Positions 27,301 through 40,570 of a stretch of DNA of 64,000 bases are shown here, one piece after another (the first letter of the stretch is position 1; each line of letters opens with the position of its first letter). The stretch comes from Kudoa neothunni (Eukaryota; Animalia; Cnidaria): assembly GCA_964304625.1 (NCBI GenBank), contig OZ199838.1:10929607-10993606 (forward strand), in the 5' to 3' direction. The notes under the pieces are model-generated. The model worked only from the letters and a program-made list of their open reading frames with translations, made no database searches and was not told where the DNA came from. The translations under genes and the position numbers were made by a program.

Positions 27301-28191
27301 AATTGATTACTGTGCTTCCACTTTAGCTTTGACAACAGCCATATCATTATCCTTTCGTAGTTTGGCCTTATAGTCGATAGTGGCTATAATTAAAGGAGAC
27401 AAGGTTTGTTTAATAATTAGGCTAACAGTGGTTAATACCTTTTCTCATGGCCTCTTGTTTTTTCACAGATTCCTCTTGGCGAGCCAAATTCTGCTCATTC
27501 ATTCTTTGCTGCAAACATTCTCATAAAAAAAGCTCACTCTGATATGAAAATATTTACTTGTTTCGCCAATTGATCATCCTGTCTTTTCCTGGAAAGTTGG
27601 TCTTGGTAATTGGCACGCTAGAATATATATTAAACACCGCTGCCGATTTACCACCAATAATTAACTTGTTTATATTGTTGTGTTTCGGCTTCTAATGTTC
27701 TGCGTTTTTCCTCGTGATCAACCCTGACTTTTTCCACTTGCAACTGCTCCATGTATGCTTCACGTTCCTGTTGAATCATAAAGTTAACATTTAAATAATA
27801 TTAATGGCATACCTTCAATTTGGTCTTATACTCCTCTTGTTTGGTGGTCTCTTGTATTCTTGCCAAATCTAACGCATCCCTTGCATGCTCTAGACAAAAA
27901 TCAAATTCGGCTTAATGTATTGATATGTGCACAAACTTGATTTTTCGAGATCTTTCGCAGCTTTGGCAGCTCTCTCCAATCCAGTTGGATCAAAATTTGA
28001 CCATTGTGACACAGAAGGGACCTGTTTGGTTTGACTACCTGATCCTGAATTCTTCCCATCGGAATTTATTTTATCCGACGAAACATCTAATAATATTCTA
28101 AATTACGTTATAATTATTAACTACCATTTGGTGGGAACGATGGAGGAATATTTGGGGTTCGATTCCCTGTCAAACTTGAAAGCCAAGACAT
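24339..28191 (-). CDS. ATAD3: ATPase family AAA domain-containing protein 3 (mitochondrial)
   Basis: Starts MSWLSSL. Contains [56 protein letters not shown], Walker [16 protein letters not shown] (~25305-25350), [13 protein letters not shown], Walker [34 protein letters not shown] and [16 protein letters not shown]. Many short introns plus a ~1.26-kb intron (~25430-26690). Confidence 0.96.
25796..26531 (+). mobile_element. Internally deleted Tc2/pogo-type element inside the long ATAD3 intron
   Basis: Imperfect TIRs TA|CCGTATATA..CTCGAGTATGAGTCGCA and TGCGATTTATACTTGAGTATATATG. The residual peptide [15 protein letters not shown] is the typical pogo (POGK-like) transposase C-terminus. Confidence 0.7.
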
Positions 28192-29148
28192 ATCTTTAGT
28201 TATACGCCCAGATTTAAACAACTCCTAACTCACGTGGGCTATCATCACATTGCTTAATCCAGCGAACTGTTAGATCGGCTTAAAATTTTTCAAGTTTTCA
28301 ATTGGAAATGCTTTTTATTTATGTTTGGTACGTTTTTTAAATGTATAAATTTATTTAAAAGTGACGATTTATTGTTGTGTGCGCGCAATAACATTGATAT
28401 TGTATTTTTATGTTGAACTTTATGGTATGCTTTGTATACGTGAAAATTTTAATATTTAATGATAATTATTATTTATTCTACGCTAGAATGAGCTGGTAAT
28501 TATAGATCAGTATGTTTATCGAATGGTCGCGATTATATCCGAAAATAATATAAAAGCATAACTATTCTCAAAAAATGGTAGGCGTAACGTGGGTTGATAA
28601 TTTATTTTATACATGAACAAAAATAAAGCGTTAATTTATTCAAAATAAATATAATACGATATTTTTACATTAATTTTCCTAATCGGATTATTTCAGATTA
28701 ACATAAATTTGCCAATTATCAACAAATAAATTTAAATTAAATTAAATTGTAATTTCTTTTAAACTTAATAAATTTAAATGAGAATTTAAAGGTGGAATAC
28801 ATGATCCAAATATTCTTGAACTATTATAAGTAATTATTATGCCTAATAAAATTTTGTACAATTATTTTATAAATTATATGAATAACTCTTTCGCGTGTAA
28901 CTGCGTGGATGTTTAATATCCTTATTGTTAACAGCTTTTTCTCTTACTCTATCTAATTATATGTTATATCAAAATATTTCAACTTCCTCATGTTTCTTTT
29001 ATTTTTTTAGTTCAAATAATTGTGGAATAAATAACACAAAACTATGATAGAATGGGTAATAGGGCAGGATGTGGCACCTAAAATAAACTCTTTTGCGCAT
29101 AGTTCTTTATGCCGATTCCTTCGCGGTTGTTTGTATTATAATAAAAGA

Positions 29149-30227
29149 GGCTAACATCGACTTTAAATCATATTAATCCGGACTATTTCTCGTCCTAGCG
29201 CAGTTTAATTTTAGGATTAACCAAAGCATGAAGATAGTAGTTTCCTTACCAAAAATTGAATGTATTGAACTTAGAGAAGTGGATAATTCATTTATCGATA
29301 TTCTTAAATATGATAATGAATATTGTGTCAAATTATTCCGCCATTCTGGTCAGTTGGATGATAAACCTACATGTTGTGGTATTCACATAAAATTAATGAA
29401 AAGACATCAGGTAATCGATGCATTCGTTAATTTTCGTCCAGAATACAAAAAGCAAGAAACTGTCAATAAAAATTCATTTTTTCAAAATAGCCACCAGACA
29501 CTTCATATAACATTAAAATTGATATTTTATTATTCCTATGATGTTTCTTCGCACAAGTTTATTGAAAAAGAGTTTGGAATATCATCTAACACAATTGTCG
29601 ACTGGAAGAACTTCATTAGAAACATCTACACGAATTATCTTCTTAATAATTCAAGGAAAATTGGCGGCACCTGGAAAAATCGTCCAAATCGTTGAAACAC
29701 TAATTTGCAAATAAAAGTATAATGTTGGACGGATACTTGCGAATCAAGACCAATGGGTTTTTGTGGCATTGATGAGGAAGGTAACATCTCTATGGAATGA
29801 ACCTTTAAAAAGGGATCATAATACCCTGGCAGACTGTATTGTAAAAAATGTTTACCCAGGTTCGATAATTTGGTCAGACTCTTGGAAAGGTTGCCGAAAA
29901 TTGGACGAGTATGGCTATCTTCACAGGGTGATGAATCATAATAAAGAATTCGTCTCTTCTGAAGAAGTGCATACGAATCGCATTGAATCAACTCGGGGAG
30001 TATGCAAAAGAAAGTTCATTCATGTCCAGAATAAATCTCCAACTCTTATTCCAAGTTATTTGGCGAAATATATATTCAAAACAAAATTTTCTGACAACAT
30101 ATTTGAGGAAACTATTAACGTCATAAAAGCAATATATAAATTTAACGATTAATATAACTTCTTCCTCGCGTGCCGCGCTAGAACGAGAAATAATCCGGAT
30201 TAATTTAATCTAATGTCGATATTAACC
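29149..30227 (+). mobile_element. Merlin (IS1016/ISXO2-like) DNA transposon with frameshifted transposase
   Basis: ~53-bp TIRs starting GG (GGCTAACATCGACTTTAAATCATATTAATCCGGACTATTTCTCGTCCTAGCGC vs reverse complement of 30175-30227). 9-bp target duplication AATAAAAGA / AACAAAAGA. Motifs TIVDWKNFIR, KIGG, KYNVGR, WVFCGIDE, PGSIIWSDSWKG, VMNH..EFV and HTNRIES are split across frames. Confidence 0.93.
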
Positions 30228-31589
30228 AACAAAAGAATGTTGAAAATAAAGATTCAGCTAATTATGACAACTCTAAATATTGCTACTGAATCCCGAATAC
30301 GACATCGTCGGCAAACGTAAAATTTTCGTAAAAATTCCAAAATCCAATTTACTCTTACTTCTCTGTCATATGTTAAATTCTAAATTAAATATATGTTTTA
30401 AAAACATTTTTAATAATGTTTCTTTGTCTAAATTATATGACTCAACTATTTCAATGTTTGTCGCATCTTATTATGACTTATCCTCTCTATCATTTTTTAT
30501 AAATCAAATATAATCTTTTTAAAAAGAATTTACAATGAACTAATGCATTTTTTAGTTTATGTATTTTTTTAGTCGATTTATTTCTATTAAATAAAATGTT
30601 ATAATCATTTTATCATTAATTTTTCATAATGGCCATATGGTCAACTTTCTGATTTACTTATATTTCAAATTTATACAAAAAATATTTGTCAATTAATTTT
30701 TATATAAATCGCATTTAAAAAGATGTCACCAAAATAGGATTATAAGAAACAAAGTGTACAGTAAATGACATATTGTTAATATATTTGAGGGGATACACTG
30801 AAAGGATTAACATACTTTTGGACTGATTGTGGGATTTTTCAATGCAAACTATTCTCGATACCGGAAGAAATTGGAAATTAAGTGATTGAGTAAACTGTCG
30901 ATGTTTCTTAAATTTTTGGGTGCAAGGAAAAATTACGCAATATCACGAAATTGCGCGCAGAATACAAAGAATTATGCTTACGAAAGTGTTCGTTAATTTA
31001 GTGGTTTTCCCACTAAATTTAACATTCGGCGTAATAATTAGTTATAAGGGATGTAACCAAAATTAAAATTTACACGATCATCAACACGGATATGGCTTGG
31101 GGATTTGAATTACGTCGGTGACCATTCATTATAATGTGAAGGTCACATTGTAACGTTTTATTATTTCGATTCTACCTTCAATATTTATCTGGGATCGAAC
31201 CGTTTTCGGTATTTGTTGTAAAGCAATTTGAAGATTAAAAGGATTAAAATTGACAGCATGAGTTAAGCAATAACAACAATTTTTAACCTATATAAAATAA
31301 AACCATAAAAAATTAGTCTTAAATATCACATATCATTACTTATTTGCTTATTAGGATAAAATTACCTCAACATTGGGTAGGATGTAACGAATTACGCTAT
31401 ATCGAGAATTTATTGGAGTTTATGTATACTAGATCTACACATTACTAACTAAACCCATAAACAATTTAGATGTTCGTCTTAGTTTCGTCGAGTAATTTTG
31501 AAAATTTTCGATTATCGAGTACGCAGACTACACGATACTCGCATTTTAAACCCCTAACCTGGTTTCTACTGCGCTAGATTAAAATTTAA

Positions 31590-32335
31590 CTTTATAGATT
31601 CTAGAAATGAGATATTAATGTTGAAATAATGGATTTCGATATTTGGAAATTGTAGGTTGTAAAAATAAGAATGTTAAGAATAATAGAAATACCATTAAAG
31701 ATTAATTCCTTAGAGTTCTCCATAACGGTCTTTTGTATTTCTTCTTTATTTGAGATAACACGTATTCTTATCATTTACTATTAAATGGTGAAAAATACGT
31801 CTCGTTGAGACTTAGTTACAAAGTGGTAATGTAGTTGGGAATATAAAAACATGACGACTGCTAAAATGAGTCAACTCCATAGATAAATTAGTCATGCGAA
31901 GTCACTGACAGTTCATTAATCAAAAATTCCAAAAATTTTATTATTAATTATATTAAATTACACTTGAAAATTTTAAAAGAAGTTTGTCTTTCCCACATTA
32001 TATATCCGTTAACGATCAAGAAAATAATAATTTGAGTTTGAAACACTATATTATTTATGCGATATTGTTAATATCAATTAAATTAAAACATAAATATCGA
32101 TCAAATGTATCTTAAAAATAAGTTCACATGGCATCTTAATAGGGCTTTAATCCAGATTTCAGTCTAGTTTTATCCAAAAATTCCGACCAAAAGTTGTTTT
32201 GTATGACGGTTTCTGAAAATTCGGTTATATGAAATTTCATTATTTAGAATTTACGAGAATTTCATCAAATTTTAACACCGTTAGAATAGCTCGTTTTTCG
32301 GGCAAACAGAATTCGGATAACCGTGGTCCCATTGT
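31590..32335 (+). mobile_element. Second, more decayed copy of the 3987-5007 element family
   Basis: Shared collinear blocks: TTATAGATTCTA, TTCTCCATAACG, GTCAACTCC.T.GATAAATT.GTC, CACTGA, TAATCC.GATTTCA, TTTATCC.AAAATTC, AAAGTTGTTT and terminal CGGATAA.CG. Left end not resolved. Confidence 0.65.
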
Positions 32336-33966
32336 TTATGTTATTATTAAATTAAATAAATATTTGTTTATGCAAAATTTTAAACATTGTTTAATTTTAA
32401 AATGCAACTTAATAAATGAAACAATCAAAACCCGAATTTTCTCCAATATTTACATTATAACTGTTTAAATTGTTTTAGAAAACTATGGCGTTATAATGAA
32501 GGCTATTAAACAAAATACTAAAATATTATGAACATAAGTAATTAATAATGCAGTAAATATCATTTTTAGCATGATTAAAAATATATTAACTAAAGTTATA
32601 AAGTGTAAAACGACATTTAATGTAAAATGACGAACCCTAAACCTTCATCTTTTCTTAAAAAATTGTAGTTTATTTTTTAAAGGAATTCTAAACTTACGAA
32701 ATAATTATATATTTGTTGAACATACTTTGTCGGTGACTTGTAAGACCAAAGGATTAAGTGAGTCCCCTTAAGTTTAACATAGTAATTATTATGCTATTAT
32801 ATTTAAGCATTATTTAGTTGTAAATGTGATATATTATCGATATTGATACCTTTTTAATAAATTTATTATTTTTATCAATATATTAAAAATTGGCAAAAAA
32901 ATATTGTTTAAAATTGGCAATATTCTATTATCTTAAATTATTGTTTTATCAAACAAATCATAATCTGTAAATTAACTTGGAAGGTATTTCCTTCATTCAT
33001 AATAATTAAAATAAAAAAAGTATGATGGATTCAACATCTCTTATATTCATGCATAAATTGGATGTTGGAACTATGTTTATTTTCAAAGATATATTTTAAC
33101 ATATATATATATAGGTTTACTTGAAAAACTACAAATTTTAAAAATTACTTAGGGGAAACAATTTATCAAAACTATACTTGATATTATTAAATGTATAGGA
33201 CAATACATAATAAAAAAATTAAAGTTGTAGGATCGCCTAAATTGGATGCCCTCTGTTCATAACAAACGTATTTTGACTCTGGATATTACGTAAAATATGA
33301 AAAAGGGGTTTATTAAGTTGTGATTTTTTAATTTTACAAAGTTATGTCGCAAGTAAATTTTGGCAAATCGATGATTGTAGGGTTGGTGAGAACGTCATTG
33401 AGCATCTCTCAGAAGGTTTAATATTAAAAATATGCACTTAATCGAGATTTTATATCAATTATATTATCTGCAATCTAATGAATTAATATTTGTTAAAATT
33501 AGTTTGATATCTAACAATTTTAAGCCTAAATCATAGCTCACGGGATTATATAATTGGTTTTGTTCGTTAATTTTTTCCTAGGACTTTTTCAAAATATACT
33601 TAACCTATATTTATTAGAAACAATTAAAAATTTATGTTTAAAATCAACTGTTCAATATTACACTGGGTATTTCACATTGTATAAACACAAAATTTGACAT
33701 CGGTTTCTAAATGCAAAAAACCACAGATTTGATTAATTTAATAAAATAAATTTATAAATATATTCTATTTCTTAATAAAATAATTAATTTTGTGTCTTAT
33801 TAAAGGTTCAAGATCTTTGTATTTGAAGTCAATCCGAGTGAAACTCATATAGAAACATGGACGTTTTCGTCGCTAAGGTAACAAGCCTTATAATTTTTTG
33901 ACATTTCTGCTAGTATTCGAACACGTAACTAGTAATTGCGATTAATCAAATACATTTTCGAACTGA

Positions 33967-36465
33967 ATGCATATAAGTGTAGAAAAACCGAGCGATCACC
34001 ACACACAATGCTACAACTACTACCATCCTATATTGAGACGTGGGAACCCTTTTGAAATCAAATGTAATTCTCACAAATTTAAAGTTTATCGCAACAAAAG
34101 CCCAACAATTAATCTAACGATAAATAATGTTTCGTTTCAAGTAGATAATAGTGGATATGAGAAAAGATATCTTCGATGTTATATTATTATAGGTTGCGTC
34201 AATGGGGCATTCAAGTGACTCGAACTGGTTCTATAACATAAAATCCAAAGGATCTGAATATGGCTGCATAACCATAGCTATCACATCACCTTCAGATGCG
34301 ATGATTGGAAAGTACAACGGAAGGGTGAGTTATGCTGAGAATGATGAAGATCACGGGTTTTTCTCATTTATTCTTTTCTACAATCCATGGAATCCAAGTT
34401 ATACTTTTCAAATCTTATCAAACCGCATGATGGCTGTTTAGGAGATATCACCTATATGAAAGATACTAGTAGATTGAACGAATACGTTCTAAATGAGAGT
34501 ACCAAGATTTTTATGGGTTCAGCAAATTATCATTATGGATCTGATTGGTTTTTGGGTCAAGTAATTGTGATATTAATGTGCTAATTTGAGTTATATCCTA
34601 CAGTTTCAAATGCCATGCATTGAGGCAACACTGATTCTGCTGCAAAGAATACCACCTCGTCATTTGAAGAACCCCATAAGTGTTGCAAGGCACATGTCAG
34701 CATTGGTATTTGATTTGGAAGGTTTTTTAGAATATGTGGATTTATTATAAAAAATCATTCAATGTTTATCATTTTTATTGAAAAGATAAACACAGCTAAA
34801 CATCCTTCATGATAGGTCAACAGCAATGATGACAACGGAATTGTTATGGGTAATTGGATGGGTGGTTATAACGATGGTACCAATCCTTGCGCTTGGAGAA
34901 GTTCTGTGGAAATAATGCGCAAATATGCCAACAATAAGTGTCCGGTTAGATATGGTCAATGTTGGGTTTTTGGAGCTATACTGTGTACAGGTGATTAAAA
35001 ATAATATTTTTTGTTTCATGACTTACAAATATCTAATTGCAGTGTGTCGATGCATTGGAATACCAAACAGACTGATAACAGCGTTCGATGCATTTCACGA
35101 CGGTGACAAATCGTTAGAATGGGAGATCTACTACGATGAGCATTTGAATCTGCTAAATAGAAGTTATGATTCTTGTTGGTAGGTTATATCTAGGTGAGCT
35201 TTTCTATTGCGATTAAGGAATTTTCACGTTTGGACCGAAGTTTGGCTAAATCGATATGACCTAGGAAGTGAATACAATGGGTGGCAAATATTGGATGCCA
35301 CACCACAAGAAAGGAGTGACGGTATATTTAGAGTGGGTCCTGCTTCACGCTTTGCAGTCAAAGAAGGCTACGTCACCACTAAATACGACGTGGATTTTGT
35401 GTTTGCTGAGGTTAATGCAGACAAAGTGCATTATGTGCGTCAAAAAGATGGGAAATTTGTGCCTTTTAAAGTAGAAAAAGGCAAAGTTGGCACTAAAATA
35501 TTGACCAAAAAAGTTGGAAGTGGTTATGCAAACGATATCACCAATGAATACAAATATCCAGACGGATCATCGATGGACAAGGTTATCGATTCTAGAATAA
35601 TGCGAGTTACTGGCCGAAGCCATTGCGTGGATTCATCACGTCGCAACAACAACGGTGGAAGTAGTACTAGAACGAACCCCGACAACAAAGTGAACCCTCA
35701 CATTAAAGTGGTTTGTTCTAAAAAGATTGTTCTTGGTGAAAGCTTTTGTGCCAGTGTTTATGTTGATTCTCGTTCGGGCAGTGTTGTTAACGGAAATGTT
35801 TCCACCACTATTATGTTAATCTCATATAACGGAAAAATTGCCGCCACCCTACTGGAAGACAAGCAGAGCATCAACAGTAAAAGTATGATTATGGATCACT
35901 ACACCATTAATCGCTTATCATGATAATACTGTAGAGTTTAAAAAGCCTTATAATATCAGTGGAAAAATGATCACTAAAAATATGAAGAACGAGATCACAA
36001 TTCTTAAGGTGGTTGTATCCATCATGACAAGTACAGGAGAATTCTCAACGAAAACCCGATCCATTTGTTTACTCAAACCAAAATTATCCATCCAGTTGAG
36101 CAACACTCGTGTTAAATGTTTTAGATCTACTTCAATTACCATCAGTATTACTAACACCTTACAAAAGAAGATCAAGCATCCAAAACTATATGTTGAGAGT
36201 TCGTGCCTAACCAAGAGAGTAGGCGAGAAAATAGAGTAATTGTTTAGTTAAAAACTGTTATTTTTCTAATCAAAACTTTTCGCTAGTGACATTGAAACAG
36301 GCTGTAAAGTGGAAAGATGCATAAAAATAAAGCCAACGGTAAAAATATCTTATATAAAATTTATAATTATGCATTTAGAAAACTGGAACATTCTCAGTTT
36401 GCGCGTACTTGGATTCAGACTCAGTGTCAGGACTGCATACTTATGCAAATTTGACAGTGACATAA
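33967..36465 (+). CDS. Protein-glutamine gamma-glutamyltransferase (animal-type transglutaminase)
   Basis: N-terminal HHT..Y...ILRRGNPF; ILFYNPW; catalytic Cys motif PVRYGQCWVF (~34942-34971); His motif W|NFHVWTEVW; Asp motif GWQILDATPQE; GPAS; YDVDFVFAEVNAD; DITNEYKYPDGS; C-terminal barrels ending ..YANLTVT* at 36465. A short upstream exon (ATG 33857) is possible. Confidence 0.95.
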
Positions 36466-36526
36466 TCAATAACTCAAAAAGGCACTAACCAAAAATAAAA
36501 TAAATTAAGTGGGTTAGTTTAGTTAA

Positions 36527-38104
36527 TTAGATAAAAAAATCATCAACCATACTACTCTTGTTTGTCCATCGGTGGTTGATTGATGCTAGAAATTGTTTTT
36601 TTGCGTCATTATAACGACTTTGAGATAGTTTGGCTTCCTTATAATTTCTAAACATTTTTAAAAAACAAACTAACTATAGATAGTTTATTACTTGGAATAA
36701 TTCAAACCAATGTGGTCACAAATTTGAATGTAATTCAAAAATAGTTTTTTCTTGCATAGCTCAGTTCTAAATAAATAAGTCATTTGGTCAATAGTTCGAA
36801 TTATTGTACTAATTTATTACACAATATTAGAACAATTTTTTAAGGTGGTACCGTGTTTACGGCCGTCAACAAAAACAGCCTTAAACTGTGGTTGAATGCA
36901 AAAAGCTACCTCTAAAATTCTAGTGAAACTACTAAGGGATGGATATACGTCACCTTTAGGATAAGGATTTGTTGTCTGTAAGAAATATTCTCCATGATGT
37001 TTAAATGGAATTGATGTGCAATCGATCAATGGAGGCGACTGTTTGAATGGAGGGATTGAACCAATTAAGACTCGTGAATAAGTGGCTCTTTTTATAGATT
37101 CACAACTGTGCAAACAACTGGTTAATAAAATTGAACTCAGGTAAATTGGTTCCTCAAAGAAAGCAGTCAAAAGAGCCCCCTGTATGCCCATGTAGGACCA
37201 TTTCAAAAGTTTATCGCTGCAGCTCATCGAATAACTTGGATATCCTCTTCCAGGTTTCACGCGATAGCAGCTAATCTAAAATAATGTCATATTACATGAA
37301 ATATACTTTATTTACCTTATCCATATTTTGAAGAGAGCGATCGATTTCTGTGTGAGTAGATTGTTGACTGATTACCATTTTGGCACCAGTTAAATTGGAA
37401 AATTTTTTAATTGGCTTTGCTGTTTGATCAAATGGATGTTTCAGTTTTATTTTCTGCTGAATACACTCACACTTGGTGGTTGGGGTAGCGGATTCTTTGT
37501 CCAAATAAAAATTTAACGGATATATATGGGCATCTCCACCTATAAGATTCAACAATAATATCTCAATTTTTTATCAACTCTATGTTAAACTGAAAGTTTG
37601 AACTCTCGCTAAGATCACTTACATGGAGGACGTGTAGACAGAAGATGGAAATCAACACCATCTTCAATCTGAACTCTCCCGTTTTTGTTTACGAAGAAAA
37701 ACTTATCAAATTTTCGACCATACATTTTTAATCCCTTTATGCTGTCATATAGAAAACGCAAAAAACATCGTCTAACTAAAACTTCCGAATGACTATCATT
37801 CAGTGTGGTTCCTAATTAACTGTTAATAAAACGATAACGATATACATGCAATACCTGTATTTGTGTATCTATTTTCTCCAACACAAGTGGTACCAATTGC
37901 CATTGCTATCATTGTGAATTTCTTATATTTATCAGTTGCATAGATGCAAGACATATTTGTCCAATGACTAGGTTGAAAATCTTTACAGTTTTTAATAAAA
38001 TGTTGTTCGTAATAATCAACACATTGTTGAACGTATTCTTCGTGATTTATATCCATGGTTTCGGTAAGTTCTTGTGAGATTTTCCTTTTTCTTGATTTTT
38101 CCAT
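36527..38104 (-). CDS. ADAT1: tRNA-specific adenosine deaminase 1 (tRNA-Ala A37 deaminase, ADAR-family domain without dsRBD)
   Basis: Spliced translation gives AIGTTCVG, LNDSHSEVLVRRCFLRFLY, FHLLSTRPPCGDAHIYP, TGAK, RVKPGRG..S.SMSCSDKLLKWSYMGIQGALL..F.EPIYLSSI, and YKEAK...Y..AK..F.....W..K. No dsRNA-binding domains; stop at 36527-36529. Confidence 0.9.
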
Positions 38105-38334
38105 TTAGAGTCGGTCCAAAAATCTAATTTCATTAATTAATCCACTATATTACTAACATTTGACACGTGTCGCATAAATGATAATTTTTTCTAACATTAT
38201 AGTGGTTTTTATTTATTTTTTCTAGAATCGAATAATAAAAACAAATCTTTTTTTTGGCCTTGGTTGTTGACTCGAAAAGGTTTTGTCTCCTGTTCCGCGA
38301 GCACGCATGTCCGGCTCTTCTTTTTTCGCTCTAA

Positions 38335-39070
38335 CCTTCCGAACATATTGCATTAAGAATTTTTTATACTTACTAAAATCAAACACAATTTATATATCGT
38401 GTATTCTACTTAAAAGTAAAATTGAATCTTTAATAATTCATTTTATAAAAACATTAAAGTTATAGGAAAAATAAATACACTTTATACATTTTAAGCTTTT
38501 TAGAGTCTATTAGATCCCATAATTTTATACCATTAAAACAAGAAAAATTATATAATGCATCAAGTTAAAATCAAAACAGATTCTATTGAATAAATTAAGA
38601 GAAAATAACGAAACAAACTATAACGATAATCTGCGAGTAATGCCGAAGCATACGACTGTAGATATGAGTGCCTCTGACGATATATATTATGATAATTATG
38701 TTCATGATTGCAGCGAATCCGTTGATGTGAAACAATATAGCGATAACTTGTCCGATTCTTTCGAACCTGATGATAATAATATTGACTTCCTTGATGTATA
38801 CCTCGACAAAAATGGTGTAATATGGAGTACTGAAATTTCAAAAACATCAAAAATGCAAAAAGAAACTATTGTAAACAAAGCCCCAGACGTTGCTGCTTAT
38901 GCAACACATAGAATAAAGGAATTTTCGGCTTGCTTAGATATATTTTTTGGTGATGGCATATATGATACTATAATACCTAATACAAATAAATTTGGCTCAT
39001 ATTACTACAGTCGGTCCTGGAAACAATTATGAAATGTGGAATTTCGCGCCTACATAGGTGTACTAATGGC
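38335..39070 (+). mobile_element. 5' fragment of a piggyBac transposon, truncated by a MULE
   Basis: Acidic N-terminus then DKNGVIWS...LDIFF.D.I...I..NTNK...WK.L..VEFRAYIGVLM, typical of piggyBac transposase N-terminal regions. Tentative left end CTAA|CCTTCC at 38335. Confidence 0.7.
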
Positions 39071-40570
39071 ACGGCAAGAACTCGTCGGGGCTACTACGCA
39101 CGCGCACGCGTATGTTCGATTAAATCTATTGTTGAGTCAATAATATGAGTAATGAGTTACCTTCGAATTTAAATTATAAGCCTTTTAAAACTCAAAGAGA
39201 CAGTATTAAAATTCTCTTTGGAAGTTATTTTTATGTTCATGATTACGCTACAACGACTTATCAATATCGGCGATCTGAAAAGAGGACTTGCAAGGGCAGG
39301 CTTACAAATACTCCATTAAATAACATTTCAAATATTGAAAAACGTGGTATTCACAACCATATTGTAAGCGACGATGACATTAAGAGGGCCGAATTTTTTG
39401 GAAAAATAAAATCATTATCGCAATCTACACAGTACTCCACAAGCAAAGTTTTCTCAGTTGCAACTACCACAACGAATATTCATGATTTACCCCTTGTTCC
39501 CAGGAAAACGGTTTATAATAATATTCAACATCAAAGGAAGAGAGCAAATATTTTAATTGATACAGATATTGATCTATCCAAATCAGGAATTAAAACTCAT
39601 AGGGACGAAGAGTTCTGTTTATATTTACGACTAAAACTAATATAATGCATCTTAATAATTCGTTGGTTTGGATTGCAGATGAGACGTTTAACGTAGTACC
39701 CGAACAATTTTACCAACTTTATATAATACACGGGGGAATTTTTACTAAAGTGTTTCCATTAATTTATATTTTGATGCCTAATAAAACCCAAATTGATTAT
39801 AAGAAAGTCCTTAATATTCTAACTGAAAATATGAATACCAAGGTCCCTGATACATCAGTTTAGATATGGAATTAGCTGCTATGAACGCTTTTAAAATAGC
39901 ATCAAAATTATCTAACGTGTATTTATGTTTATTTCATTTAGGACAATGCTTGTGGCGAAAGATTCAAGAATTGAGGCTTACAGATATATATATATATATA
40001 TATATACTACTATTCCAAACATTAACCTATTACTTAAATGTTTTTCATCCTTATCATTTGTCCCTGTTGCGAAGGTCGTTGAAGAATTTGAAAAATTGAA
40101 GGCAAAATCGTTAACCTATGAAAACGAGAAACTACATGAATTCATAAATTACTTCGAAGAGAATTTCATTATTTCATCAAAATATCCCATTCAATATTGG
40201 AACACATACGGAAGAGTGAAATGCAATATCGACATGACCATTAATGCTGCGGAACTGTTTCACCTACATTTTCAAAATAGATTTGAACAATACCTCTCTG
40301 GCCTAGATACGTTTGTTGAAAAACTCAAAGCCTGGTGGAACAAGATATCAACTGTGTCTTATATAACCCAATTGTAAGTAAAAAATCCAAATATCAACGC
40401 AAAATGGAAAAAATCCATATTTGTGAAAATTATTATGGTTACATTTCAACTTTTTTTGTGGAATCGATTTCAATAACGTTTAATTGGAAATATAATCAAA
40501 TCTGGTTATTTTATTCGAGAAGTATAAATAACGGTATATTTTCTTAGTTTGCGCTGGCAAGTTATCGCCG
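39071..40570 (+). mobile_element. MULE (Mutator-like) transposon with FLYWCH-like and MULE domains, frameshifted
   Basis: TCKGRL...HNH zinc-finger relic; WIADETFNVVPEQFYQLYIIHG; FPLIYILMPNKT..Y; DMELAAMNAF; CLFHLGQCLWRKIQ; YFEENFI; TINAAE.FH. Disrupted by stops and a (TA)n run at ~39984-40006. Termini approximate. Confidence 0.85.
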
